Counted from the first letter of the stretch, positions 1 through 9,942 are shown. The stretch: DNA of 64,000 nt from Porphyridium purpureum (GCA_008690995.1 VRMN01000006.1:682001-746000); one strand, 5' to 3'. The notes: generated by a model not told the origin, from the sequence alone. Program-made: numbers and translations.

Positions 1-1
1 A

Positions 2-2284
2 CTGTCGCCGGTGAAGATCAGCGAACACGACGCGGCGTTCCAAGATCTCGAGGGTTCCGACGACAGACCCGGCGCCTCAAGTTTGTTCAGCGGCCTGGGT
101 ATCGGCAAGCGGAACAGCTCGCTGAGCCGGCGAGAATCTGGCTCCCGATCGCGCACACCCAAGTCAAAAGAAGCGCCTGGCCCGCGCAGTGGTTCGCGAA
201 GTCGGACCGAGCCCATTACCAAAGAGAAGGATGCGAACTTTAAATTGCTCGGCTTCTTTTCTCGGCAGCGCAGCGGGAACAACCGGAGTGATTCTGAACG
301 CGGCAGCATAACCTCGTCTTCGGCAACTGCAACAAAACGCTCATTACACCAGCCGCACTCACGAAGTGACCTGGATTTCGGCGACGACAATGCGAGTGGT
401 TCTCTTGCGGGAGTTCGCGGCGGTGCGGCAGGCACCACGGGCGCCGTCGGCCCGCGTCATCACGTTGTCAGTATGGGAGGCACAGTTGACAACAACCATC
501 AGCGCCCTCTGATACCGCCGTTCCCCGATGCTGACGCACAAGCAAACTCGATCGGACGGGCACCGTTCGGGCCAGTTTCGACGGAGAATGGCGTACTGCC
601 AAATGAGGTTGCAAATGAAAACTTTAAGCCCATTTGGCATGATCAAAAGCGAAACATGAATGTGCCGCAGCGTAAAAAGTCTCGCGACGAAATTTTGATC
701 GAGGCCAAGGCGCAGCTTGAGCTGCTGAACGAAAATCGCGCGAAAATGCCCCTCCTGCTGTCAAAACGTGGCGTCTCGCTCCGCAAAATTCCGGTCCACC
801 GCGAGGATCTCCAGAGTGAAGCGCGTTTCTTTTCTGAAGGGTATACGTATGAGGTTCTTCCGGTAGCTTCGACGGTCACGAGTACGAGCGTCGTATCGGG
901 AGCTGGACATGGGTCGGCAGGCGCCACGGATGAAGGAAACGTGGCATCCAGGGAGGGTCCGAGTGCATCTGCCCAGGGCGTTGCTTTGAAATATGCCAGC
1001 AACAGGTCAGGCGGTGGGTTAGATCTTGCACCAGACAGCGGCCAGCTGGCCAACTCGCTGAATGTTTTCCGATACGGGTCGGACCAGCTGCGGAAGTCGT
1101 TGCTGTCCTCGTTGATCTCGGACGAGCGCATGGCTGATGAGCGCATCACAGACGGTCGCGAGCAATGGCGGAAGCTGCAAGAAAGTGCTCTCATGATGAT
1201 GGAGAATGCAGCTGCATTGCTCGATGCATACGAGTGCGAGAAAATCACAGGCCAGCCTTCATTCAGTGCCACTGAGCGACTTGCAAAATTTGGATCGCCC
1301 GTATTTGGGACGGCTGGGACCAACGCTGCGGGCGCAGAACACCAAACGAAAGCGCAAGAGCAGAGAATATCGCACGCATGGTCCGGCGCGCCGCCCTCGC
1401 GCGCCGAGGAGAACAACGGCTTCCCGGACGCTCATGGTGCGGACGAAACTGGCAATGATGCGTCAAGTGACGACGATTTCAAGACGGCTCGTGGTTCAAC
1501 AATTGAAGGCGTGGATCCCCTGGACCATACACGCACACTGTGGCTGAAACAGAGCGCCGACCTGCGTGACAAGATTGACAAGTCGGTGGGTGTGGAAGTG
1601 TTTGAGCGATACGCCGAGTACGTCATGTCGCGCGAAAAGCAAGAGTCGGAAGTCGAGGCGCGTTTCTTCCTCGGAATGGAGGAAACATGGCTGCGTGATC
1701 TAGAGACCTTCCTTATTGTATATAAGATGATCGAAGGCGTGCGTGATATGATGCTTGTCTTTGATGCCGGCAAGGGGTTATTGTCGCGCGAGCATTCGAA
1801 ACGGAGCCTGAGCTCGTTTGACTCGAAGCATCACTCCTTGGACGGGAGAGGAGGCGCTTCTGCCGCCAGAGTGGCGAGTGCGGGAATGGCGCCGACCCCG
1901 AGCACCCTTGTAGGACGTGGCGTGCAGGATCGTGCCGTGCACGACGCCGCGCATGCGGGGGCAGAACCAGCGTTGCCGTTCTCAGAGGGTGGAGGCACGG
2001 ATTCTCCGGATAAAACATCAGCGGCCGTCGCGCCCGATGCGGATGCAGCGCCGATGGCAGAGCTCGCGTCAGCGTTATTCACCTCTCAGCTGGGCGCGCG
2101 AGAGGATTCAAATGCGCTCGACGTGGGTCAGCCGGACACAATCAACAACAGTGATGATATGGGCTGGTTCCAGGCGGAGCCGTCCGTGAAGGCCATGAAC
2201 GAGGGCGAGCGGAAAGCGCAGCGGCTGGCGGAGCTGCGGGGCAAGGCACGTATCCTCGACATGATGGAGAGTTCGGCGCTATAG
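2..2284 (+). CDS. Large Ser-rich hypothetical protein, probably 5'-partial; C-terminal helical segment reminiscent of NIMA/NEK kinase tails
   Basis: 757-aa ORF whose frame is open to the window edge (listed start is GTG); low-complexity N-terminal part; LRDKIDKSVGVEVFERYAEYV segment. Confidence 0.6.
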   Translation: MSPVKISEHDAAFQDLEGSDDRPGASSLFSGLGIGKRNSSLSRRESGSRSRTPKSKEAPGPRSGSRSRTEPITKEKDANFKLLGFFSRQRSGNNRSDSERGSITSSSATATKRSLHQPHSRSDLDFGDDNASGSLAGVRGGAAGTTGAVGPRHHVVSMGGTVDNNHQRPLIPPFPDADAQANSIGRAPFGPVSTENGVLPNEVANENFKPIWHDQKRNMNVPQRKKSRDEILIEAKAQLELLNENRAKMPLLLSKRGVSLRKIPVHREDLQSEARFFSEGYTYEVLPVASTVTSTSVVSGAGHGSAGATDEGNVASREGPSASAQGVALKYASNRSGGGLDLAPDSGQLANSLNVFRYGSDQLRKSLLSSLISDERMADERITDGREQWRKLQESALMMMENAAALLDAYECEKITGQPSFSATERLAKFGSPVFGTAGTNAAGAEHQTKAQEQRISHAWSGAPPSRAEENNGFPDAHGADETGNDASSDDDFKTARGSTIEGVDPLDHTRTLWLKQSADLRDKIDKSVGVEVFERYAEYVMSREKQESEVEARFFLGMEETWLRDLETFLIVYKMIEGVRDMMLVFDAGKGLLSREHSKRSLSSFDSKHHSLDGRGGASAARVASAGMAPTPSTLVGRGVQDRAVHDAAHAGAEPALPFSEGGGTDSPDKTSAAVAPDADAAPMAELASALFTSQLGAREDSNALDVGQPDTINNSDDMGWFQAEPSVKAMNEGERKAQRLAELRGKARILDMMESSAL

Positions 2285-2428
2285 TCTTAAGCGTATGTAA
2301 ATTATAAAGTAAGCCAAAACCCCAAGGGACGGGTTATTCGGCAAAACGCGAGCGAGTTAACGAGGAAACGTGTGTGCGTGTGAATTTTGGTACGCGTGAG
2401 CTACGGTCAGCGCACACGGGCACACGTC

Positions 2429-4147
2429 ATGGCCGGCACAGGAGGATCTTTGTTTGGGGCGCCCGCGGCGCCGGGCGGGTTCAGCTTTGGGAGTTCGGGG
2501 CCCGCCGTGGGAGCCGGATCCGGGACGAACCTGTTTACCGCTGCAGCGGCCGGCATGCCGGCATCGACGACGTCAGCGTTTAACCTGAATCCCGCAGGTG
2601 CGATGTCGACTGCAAACCTGTTTGGAGGAGCTGCGTCGGCGCCTGCGTTTGGCGCGCCGGCGGCGTCTGCTGCGCCGAGCCTCTTTGGGGCTGGCGCGGC
2701 CGCTTCTCCCGCCGCGGCAGGAACTGGAGGTGTCTTTTCCTTTGGCGGGGCAGCAGGAGCATTTCCTGCGTCAGGCTCAAGTTCAACGTCTTTTTTTGGA
2801 GGCGGAAGCACGGCTGCGCCGGCCCAGTCTCTATTTGCAGGCGGGAGCACAGCAGCGTCGACCCCTTCTCTTTTTGGGGGTGCGAACGCCGGGACAGCCT
2901 CAATAGCATCCAGTCCGGCCGCATCCACGGCTGCAACGGCATCCAGTGGTCCAGGGTTTAATTTTCCTCCCATACTAAGTGGCGGAGCCTTCGCTAGCGA
3001 CTCGGCAGCGACCGGCGCAAGTTCGGCGACGGCGGGCTTCAGCGTACCAGCATCGTCGGGAGTGAGCTTTGGAGGCTTTCCCGGAGCCGGATCATCTAGT
3101 TCGTTGTTTGGCACGACATCGGTTCCGGCCTCCACGACTGCTGCGGGTGCGGCTGCCGCGCCTGCGTCCACCGGTTTTTCGTTCGGCTCTGCTCAGTCCA
3201 CGCCCGCAGCAGCCGCGCCTGGCTCGCAGTCTGTCGGTTCCTTACTTTCCAGCGAAGCAAGCGCCGCGCAGCAGTCTGTCGGTGCGTCGCTGTTCGGATC
3301 TTCTGCTGCTGTCTCTGCGGGCACGGGTAATGCGGCGTCCTCGGGCTCTCTTTTTACGTTGCCGCAGAGCTCGGGACCAGCGCAAGGTGGATTCAAATTT
3401 GGTGATGTCTCGTCCGGATCAGCCACTGCCAGTAACGTCGCGGCCTCCGCACCGCCCGGTACCGGGGCGCTCGGTGCATCGAGTAGCGCCCCGGCGGCAG
3501 CACAGTCTCAACCGGCAGGTGCATTGGACATTGGGGCCGAGATTCCGTCTGAAATCAAGGACTTGAATTTGGATGAAGTCGTAAGCAAATGGAGCGAAGA
3601 GATGGAAGATCTTGTGGAACAGTTTCGAAAGTACGCGGTGCAAGTGGGACGCTGGGACCGACAAATTGTGGCGAATGAGGACCGCATTCTAAGTCTAAAC
3701 AGTGACACGATGGCGATCAAGGCTGCTGAGAAGGAGCTTGACATGAACATCGACACAGTGGCGTCGCAGCAGAGCGAGTTAGACCACTTACTGAATGCGC
3801 TGGAGAGCGAGCTTGATCGGGTAGACGGCGAGTCGTCTGGTTTGGGCAAGACAACCGCTGATATGGACAGGGAACAGACACATAACATGGCGCTCGGACT
3901 CGCCGACGAACTTGACGGCATGACTACCTCGCTGAAGGATATTATCGAGCAGTTGAACCAGTCGCGCACTCCTGCGGTCGGAGATACAGTTGGCCAGATT
4001 GTATCCGTTCTCAACTCACACTTGACGTCGCTCGAGTACTTGGACTCGAGCTGTGGCAGGTTGAACGCCAAGTTGCAGGAAGTATCTCGCCTAGCAGAAA
4101 GCGTCCAACGGGACACGTCTAATGCTCGGCATCGCGGATATTTGTGA
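2429..4147 (+). CDS. NUP62: FG-nucleoporin Nup62/Nsp1
   Basis: Many FG/SLFG/FSFG repeats, then an Nsp1_C coiled coil (LDEVVSKWSEEMEDLVEQFRKYAVQVGRWDRQIVAN ... IVSVLNSHLTSLEYLD); first ATG 2429. Confidence 0.93.
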   Translation: MAGTGGSLFGAPAAPGGFSFGSSGPAVGAGSGTNLFTAAAAGMPASTTSAFNLNPAGAMSTANLFGGAASAPAFGAPAASAAPSLFGAGAAASPAAAGTGGVFSFGGAAGAFPASGSSSTSFFGGGSTAAPAQSLFAGGSTAASTPSLFGGANAGTASIASSPAASTAATASSGPGFNFPPILSGGAFASDSAATGASSATAGFSVPASSGVSFGGFPGAGSSSSLFGTTSVPASTTAAGAAAAPASTGFSFGSAQSTPAAAAPGSQSVGSLLSSEASAAQQSVGASLFGSSAAVSAGTGNAASSGSLFTLPQSSGPAQGGFKFGDVSSGSATASNVAASAPPGTGALGASSSAPAAAQSQPAGALDIGAEIPSEIKDLNLDEVVSKWSEEMEDLVEQFRKYAVQVGRWDRQIVANEDRILSLNSDTMAIKAAEKELDMNIDTVASQQSELDHLLNALESELDRVDGESSGLGKTTADMDREQTHNMALGLADELDGMTTSLKDIIEQLNQSRTPAVGDTVGQIVSVLNSHLTSLEYLDSSCGRLNAKLQEVSRLAESVQRDTSNARHRGYL

Positions 4148-4363
4148 AATATGCGGCTTTTCTCTCTTACCCTTCTTCTGTTTTCTTTTCACTCATCCTC
4201 CGCGCGGGACACGCCTTCATTTTTGTCGAGATCTGAACAAGCCAACAAGTGAATCAACGCAAAACTAAAAACGAAAAAAAAAGAAAAAAAGTGCGTTCAA
4301 AAGCCCCTCACCGTTCGCAGTTTTGAGTAAGCACGTAGCCTTTCTTGATGTCTAGCTTGAACT

Positions 4364-5287
4364 TTAGGTGAGATCATCTTCGATCGACCGAATCGTGTTC
4401 TTGACTCGGAGTAAAATGCTAGTCTTCCAAGGATCCAGTCGCGTTACCGAGTCAAACTGCGAAATTGCATCCATAAATTTGTTCAGATCGCTGTCCTCCT
4501 TCGCCTTCACGAGAGCATCCAGAAATTTGCCTTCACGTGAGTCGGCGAATGACGAGTCGAGCAGTCCATACCGCTCGACTGCGCGCACAGCTGCGATGTC
4601 ATCACCAACGGCAAGCCGGCAGATTCCGGCCTTGAGCAAATGGTCGCGCGCCCCGAACTTGAGCATCTTGTTACTCAGGCTATACTCTGCCACAGCCTCG
4701 AAATCGCCAGCCGCGGCATCATAGTTCTCCTCAAGCGCATTCAGTTCAGCGACCTTGACACGACAAGTGCTTGCCTGCGACTTCATGTCATCACCTTCGT
4801 ACAGATCAGCGGCGCGTGCGTACCACGTCTTCGCCGATGCATTCTTGCCGAGTTCCTCTTCAAGCTCTGCAAGCTCCTTGGACATCTTCGCGGCCTGCTG
4901 AAACCTACCCCCATCTGAGTGAAGCTGTGCGGCCTTGCGATAGCTACTCGCCGCTCGCTCGCTGTCTTTGGCCTGTCTGAACATTTTTGCCGCATCGGCG
5001 TGCTTGGATCCTGCCTCGAATGTGCCCAGCCCGTTCAGCCGGGCGGCCTTTTCGTACGCATCACCACCTTTGCTGTACGCAACACCAGCCTGCCTGTAGT
5101 TCTTTGCCAGCTTGTACGAATTCCCGGCACGCACAAACAGATCCGCCGCCTCTTCGGCCTTGCGTCCTTCGCTGTTCCCGCCAAACCACGAGGACAGAAA
5201 CCCAACCGCGCTCCCTTCATTTAGCTTGGCCTCGGCTTCCGCCAGCAGCGCCGCGCCTTGCTCGTCCTTTCCCGCCGTGTCTGCCAT
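4364..5287 (-). CDS. SEC17: Alpha-soluble NSF attachment protein (alpha-SNAP/Sec17)
   Basis: EEAADLFVRAGNSYKLAK, GRFQQAAK, FADSRE, C-terminal LDPWKTSILLRVK...EDDLT; first ATG 5287. Confidence 0.95.
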   Translation of the reverse strand: MADTAGKDEQGAALLAEAEAKLNEGSAVGFLSSWFGGNSEGRKAEEAADLFVRAGNSYKLAKNYRQAGVAYSKGGDAYEKAARLNGLGTFEAGSKHADAAKMFRQAKDSERAASSYRKAAQLHSDGGRFQQAAKMSKELAELEEELGKNASAKTWYARAADLYEGDDMKSQASTCRVKVAELNALEENYDAAAGDFEAVAEYSLSNKMLKFGARDHLLKAGICRLAVGDDIAAVRAVERYGLLDSSFADSREGKFLDALVKAKEDSDLNKFMDAISQFDSVTRLDPWKTSILLRVKNTIRSIEDDLT

Positions 5288-5386
5288 CGTCACTTGCACT
5301 CTTCCCACTCGCACAGTCGCTGCGCACGGACCCACGCAAGCACGTTCTCAGCGAGTGACGCGGCTCGAAACGCCGAGGTGATCGAG

Positions 5387-6067
5387 ATGGCGGCGCTGTT
5401 TCGACGGCTGTGCGTGCGCGGGCAGCTGCAGAGACGGCAATTCAGAATCTACACTCGCACCGGCGATAAGGGCACCTCGGGCTTGCTGGGCGCCGGGCGT
5501 TTCTCCAAAGCGGAGCCAGTTTATGAGGCGCTCGGCTGTGTGGACGATGTGAATGCGCAGATTGGGCTGGCGCGTGAGCAGCTCCTCTGCACGGGTGCAG
5601 CCGTTGCTGAAAAGATGCACGATGTGGCCGCAGAGCTGCGGCGAATGCAGGCGGATTTGCTCGACGTGGGCGCCAGTCTGGCCGTGCCTTTGGATGCGCT
5701 GAACAGCGTCAGTTCGTCAAGTGAGCGTGGTCCAGCGGCAGCGCCAGTTCAGCAGCGCCTCGCTGAACTGCGCGAGTTTGACCGCAACGGCCTCCGCACG
5801 GAGCAACTGGAGCGCGCTATGGACGCGCTGGATGCCGAGCTCCCGACCCTCAAACAGTTTATCCTGCCCGGCGGCGGCGTTGCCGCGGCGCAGCTGCATG
5901 TGGCGCGGGCATCGATGCGGAGCGCAGAACGCAGCGTATGCCGCTTGCAAGGAACCTTTCAAGCCGAGCCGACGGTGATTCAGTACCTGAACCGCGCAAG
6001 CGATTTTCTGTTCGTCGCGGCGCGGGTGGCGTCCCACCGCAGTGGAGCAGGTGACGTGCTCCGATAG
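5387..6067 (+). CDS. MMAB: ATP:cob(I)alamin adenosyltransferase (PduO/MMAB type), probably mitochondrial
   Basis: IYTRTGDKG, FILPGG, AER and YLNRxSDFLF motifs; Arg-rich presequence MAALFRRLCVRGQLQRRQF. Confidence 0.93.
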   Translation: MAALFRRLCVRGQLQRRQFRIYTRTGDKGTSGLLGAGRFSKAEPVYEALGCVDDVNAQIGLAREQLLCTGAAVAEKMHDVAAELRRMQADLLDVGASLAVPLDALNSVSSSSERGPAAAPVQQRLAELREFDRNGLRTEQLERAMDALDAELPTLKQFILPGGGVAAAQLHVARASMRSAERSVCRLQGTFQAEPTVIQYLNRASDFLFVAARVASHRSGAGDVLR

Positions 6068-6100
6068 TAGGTCCCATGAGTTTGCCTTTTAATTCCGCAG

Positions 6101-8266
6101 CTACAAAAACTCAAATTTGCAAAGGATGCCGCGATAAGACGGCAGCGACCTACCCGCGTGGTCGTGCAAAGTCACCCACCTGTAGCCCGGCCGAAGCTCC
6201 CGCGTAGCAACCAGGCCAACAGCAAGCCGATAATCTCTGCCCTTTGTATCATTCATGATCCACAGCTGGATGCATGCTGTATCTCTGTTCTCAATGATGA
6301 TCTCGAAGGGCGACGTCAGGAATGTGCCCGAGCCGAGCTTTTTCTTGCTAACTTTCTGTGTCTCTGTGTATACCGGATCAAAATCATTGTCCCTGACGGA
6401 TCGCGTGCGGTACTCGTCCTTCTTCAGTTCGTCCTCTGAGCCGTCAAACTTGCGCACAACCACGTACGAACTTACGCCGTGCTTGGGCTCAACCAAGTTG
6501 GGCACCTGCATGGCGAGCACCACGGTGACGGCAACGCGCAGCTTTGGCGGAGGCGGCTTGGATGAAGCTGAGCTGAATCTGTCGGGCTGAAGCACATACC
6601 CGCAACCACTGTTTAGACTGAACATAGCCAAATTACTGGCAAGACTCGAGTTCATAGTCTGGAAATTGAGAGCCACAACCTGACACGCGTGATTCCACGG
6701 CAATACAGGGTCATAGTTGTCGGATGCCACGCGAGTGCCCTTGGGATAAATTCGGCTCAAATGGTACTTGTTGTACTCGACCAGAGACATCTGCTTCTTG
6801 TCCACCATAGCGTTCACCAGAAACTCTTCCACGGCCGTCTCGCTGAACGAGTGCATCTCGTATGCATTCAGTGCAAGGCTCGTCGGCCAGTCCTTAAACT
6901 TGGCGCCCACAAAATAGACAATTTGCTTGAACTCGTCGGGGCTTTCTGGCTTGATTTTTGACTTGATCAACACTTTGCCCTTCAGTTCCGCGGGAGAAGG
7001 TAACTCCTTCATCGGCGCACTTGCACCGCCAGGATGGACAGCGATGCGCTCTCCAAACGTCGTCACCATGGCCTCGGCCATTTTTTTCTGCTGCGGAGGC
7101 GAGCAGTGGTTCTCAATGGACAGAATGAAGGGCGTGTCGGTAAAACGAAATGCCCAAGCATTAATTTCCTGCACAGCACTTGCCAGCGAAATCTCGGAAG
7201 TCAGCGTATGACCATGCGTGATGATTGGGTCACCCAGTTTGCCATCCCACACGTCCAGTTCAACGCAGCGCGCTCCAAGTTCGACTGCTCGTCCGTACAT
7301 CTTCAGGTCCGCATCGCCGGTGAGTTGATTTCCACTCAAATAGGTGTTATGCGAGCTATTAATGTAGTACTTGGACAAACTCTGCGTCATATCGTGATAC
7401 GGTGCCTTGGCTGTGATGTTCTCCTGTGCGCTGTTGTGCTCCTCCGAGAAGAGGTACTGCATGAATTGAAGCACCGTTAACCCGTTCGTGCTGCCATGCA
7501 GGTGGAAGTGCATCGGGTGCGTACTGTTTCCCAATTTGGAGATAATGTGACGCGCCATGCTCATTGCGGCGGCCTCCGTGGGCACCTTTTGCTCCGAGAC
7601 CAAGAATTCGGCGAGATCCGACTCGCTCAGGATCCCGTCAAACCCACCATACTGCAAGAAGATTTCCATGATCACAGCGGGCGGATTCTGCAGATGCTTG
7701 AGCATACGCTGGAACTCGTTATAGTCGATCACGCCGTCCTTGTTCTCGTCGTGGAATTCCATCAGCTTCCTAGCCGTGAAAGACTGCTTGAGATCAATGT
7801 GCAGTTCAAGGCGAAGGAAGTCAACAAACTCATCTTCCTGCAGTGCATTGTCGTGATTCTTGTCCGCCTTCTCCCACAAGTTTCTAAGCTCGTGATCTGC
7901 GTTCCGCGAACGTGCCTGCTGCTGCAAGAATCCCACGTAGCGCTGTAGGCGCTCGCCGTACACCAAGTCGGATGCGTTGGCAAATTCAAACGCGTAAGAC
8001 TTGTACCCAGAAACGTCCAGCTTGACAGACTTTTTATCCTTATCCAGGTGAACGCGGCGCACTTTCTCCAGCGGCAGCGTCTTGTTTCCGCCCTTCTTCA
8101 TCGACCTCCAGGTCAAGCCCTGTGCGTCGTCCGTCACGCGAATCAACCGCGATGGATCCTTGGCGTGCATTTTGACGTGCAGCGTGGCCGACCAGCTGCC
8201 GGTCTTGACTGCATTTGCGCCCGCCTTGAGCGCGCGCAGCTCCTCATCCGGAAAGCTCTGCTCCAT
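6101..8266 (-). CDS. PLC: Phosphoinositide-specific phospholipase C (PH - EF-hands - X/Y - C2, delta-like)
   Basis: SSHNTYL, RCVELDVWDG, HGHTLT, LSIENHCS, SRIYPKG, QVVALNFQT, SGCGYVL; two EF loops; C2 ending LRPGYRWVTL. Confidence 0.95.
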   Translation of the reverse strand: MEQSFPDEELRALKAGANAVKTGSWSATLHVKMHAKDPSRLIRVTDDAQGLTWRSMKKGGNKTLPLEKVRRVHLDKDKKSVKLDVSGYKSYAFEFANASDLVYGERLQRYVGFLQQQARSRNADHELRNLWEKADKNHDNALQEDEFVDFLRLELHIDLKQSFTARKLMEFHDENKDGVIDYNEFQRMLKHLQNPPAVIMEIFLQYGGFDGILSESDLAEFLVSEQKVPTEAAAMSMARHIISKLGNSTHPMHFHLHGSTNGLTVLQFMQYLFSEEHNSAQENITAKAPYHDMTQSLSKYYINSSHNTYLSGNQLTGDADLKMYGRAVELGARCVELDVWDGKLGDPIITHGHTLTSEISLASAVQEINAWAFRFTDTPFILSIENHCSPPQQKKMAEAMVTTFGERIAVHPGGASAPMKELPSPAELKGKVLIKSKIKPESPDEFKQIVYFVGAKFKDWPTSLALNAYEMHSFSETAVEEFLVNAMVDKKQMSLVEYNKYHLSRIYPKGTRVASDNYDPVLPWNHACQVVALNFQTMNSSLASNLAMFSLNSGCGYVLQPDRFSSASSKPPPPKLRVAVTVVLAMQVPNLVEPKHGVSSYVVVRKFDGSEDELKKDEYRTRSVRDNDFDPVYTETQKVSKKKLGSGTFLTSPFEIIIENRDTACIQLWIMNDTKGRDYRLAVGLVATRELRPGYRWVTLHDHAGRSLPSYRGILCKFEFL

Positions 8267-8471
8267 CCTCTCGCCCGCCTTGAACGCTCCCTTTCCGGCG
8301 GCCTTCTCTCGTTCGTTGCACTCTTGGCTCAGTCGTTGCGCAACTGCTTACTCGTTTATAGCTAAACGGGGTCCTTTTAATATAAAAATCTCCGAAATTT
8401 CAGGGGGACTCCAAGAAAGGAAAAGCTGGTGAGGATCCAGTTGCCCATTGAGTCTGCCTGATCAGCTTGAC

Positions 8472-8768
8472 TCACTTGTTGGCCTCTCGCATCAGCTGCA
8501 TCTCGTCGTCGAACCACAAGTAGGAAGTGCCGGAGCACGCCTTGAGTTTATTGGCGGCGTCGGCGCGCAGCTTCTGCGCGCAATTGACGCACACGAAGCG
8601 CGCGCTTTTCAGAGTGCACCACGACACGTCGCGCGCGCCGCACTCGGCGCAGCACTTGTTCTTGGAGAGCTGCCGCAGCTCGGCAATGTACGTCGGCTGC
8701 ATGGCGACCACCTCGGATTTCGGGTATGTCTTTCCTAGCTTGCTCCGTACTTGCTCGGCTTCCGCCAT
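8472..8768 (-). CDS. Small stand-alone ArfGAP zinc-finger protein (about 98 aa)
   Basis: C-x2-C-x16-C-x2-C-x4-R signature (CAEC...CVNCAQKLR); downstream WFDDEMQLMR. Confidence 0.8.
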   Translation of the reverse strand: MAEAEQVRSKLGKTYPKSEVVAMQPTYIAELRQLSKNKCCAECGARDVSWCTLKSARFVCVNCAQKLRADAANKLKACSGTSYLWFDDEMQLMREANK

Positions 8769-9369
8769 GACAAACGTCGCGGAACAATAACGAAACACGC
8801 AGCTGATGCCCTATTGGCTGGAAATCCCAAGTTGTCGCACCCGTCGGCACGGGCGGGCTGGTCTTGCCTATGCCTTTGCTTCGCAGCCTCAAAAATCAGA
8901 TCGTTGCCCTTGTTGATGCTCTCTCTCATACGACTGCACAGGCCACAGTGGAAGGAGCTTTCTGGCGGGGCCCAGGATGAGAAGCCCGAGAAACTCCCGC
9001 GCGTCACCTTTTCATTTATAGCAAGCCATCCGCATGAGAACACTATCCGCTTGGGACACGCTGTCCTGTTCCCCATTTAATAATTTTCTTTCCCACACGA
9101 CCTGGACGACAAAAAGCAACAAATTCATGACGATAGCGACTTGCGCTGCTGTCCCAGAGACAAATCATTCTCATGCGGACGTCGACAGCTGTGCCGCAAA
9201 ATAAAAAGTAAGGATACACACATGCAAACAGGTATGGCTTCCGGCTGCAGGCTCGTGCCGTGCAGTCGACGCATCCCGAGCTCCGTCCAGTCCAACCCCA
9301 GCCGGAAGTACATGGGCACGCGAGGGTGCTTCGAAAGACTCGGACTATCACTTGCGCGCACGTGAATGT

Positions 9370-9942
9370 TCAAAACTTGATTGGAGTGAATTCATTCTTG
9401 TAAAGCACAATGTTCAAGCCCGAAAGCTCGTCGTTGCGGTAGACAAGGAACACGGTGTACCAGGTAATCCACACCACCATGTAGACAACCCACACCGCTA
9501 GCGCGCGCTTACACCACGTGCGAATGACCGGGTTTGCATTCTGGTCGCGGAACTCTTTCCAGTAGTAGCTGATGAGCATGAGAAAGACCAGCGGACAGGC
9601 CAGGCATCCAATCCAGAACATTTTCCTCGCGGACGACTCGAGCTCGGCCTTGTGCGCGGCGGCGCGCTCTTCATTCCGGATCCTCTTCCGCTCCTCCTGA
9701 GCCAGCCGCCGCTCATGCCGCTGCCGCTCCACCTCTGCATACTCCCGTGCCTGCTGCTGCATACGCAAAATACGCTCCTGCTGCTTGTCGAGCGGCGTAG
9801 CCGCGGGGCCAGCGCCGTTCACAATCGTCGCATCGCCATTCGCTGTTGCCCTTTCAGGTACGCTTTCCCACTCCCTTGTCGCTCCATTTTCCACAGCCAC
9901 TTCCGACGGAATCAGTGGTATACCAACCGATATCGCATTCAT
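9370..9942 (-). CDS. PEN2: Gamma-secretase subunit PEN-2-like protein with N-terminal extension
   Basis: C-terminal ~85 aa (ARKMFWIGCLACPLVFLMLISYYWKE...VIRTWCKRALAVWVVYMVVWITWYTVF) matches the two-hydrophobic-segment PEN-2 pattern as recalled. Confidence 0.72.
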   Translation of the reverse strand: MNAISVGIPLIPSEVAVENGATREWESVPERATANGDATIVNGAGPAATPLDKQQERILRMQQQAREYAEVERQRHERRLAQEERKRIRNEERAAAHKAELESSARKMFWIGCLACPLVFLMLISYYWKEFRDQNANPVIRTWCKRALAVWVVYMVVWITWYTVFLVYRNDELSGLNIVLYKNEFTPIKF

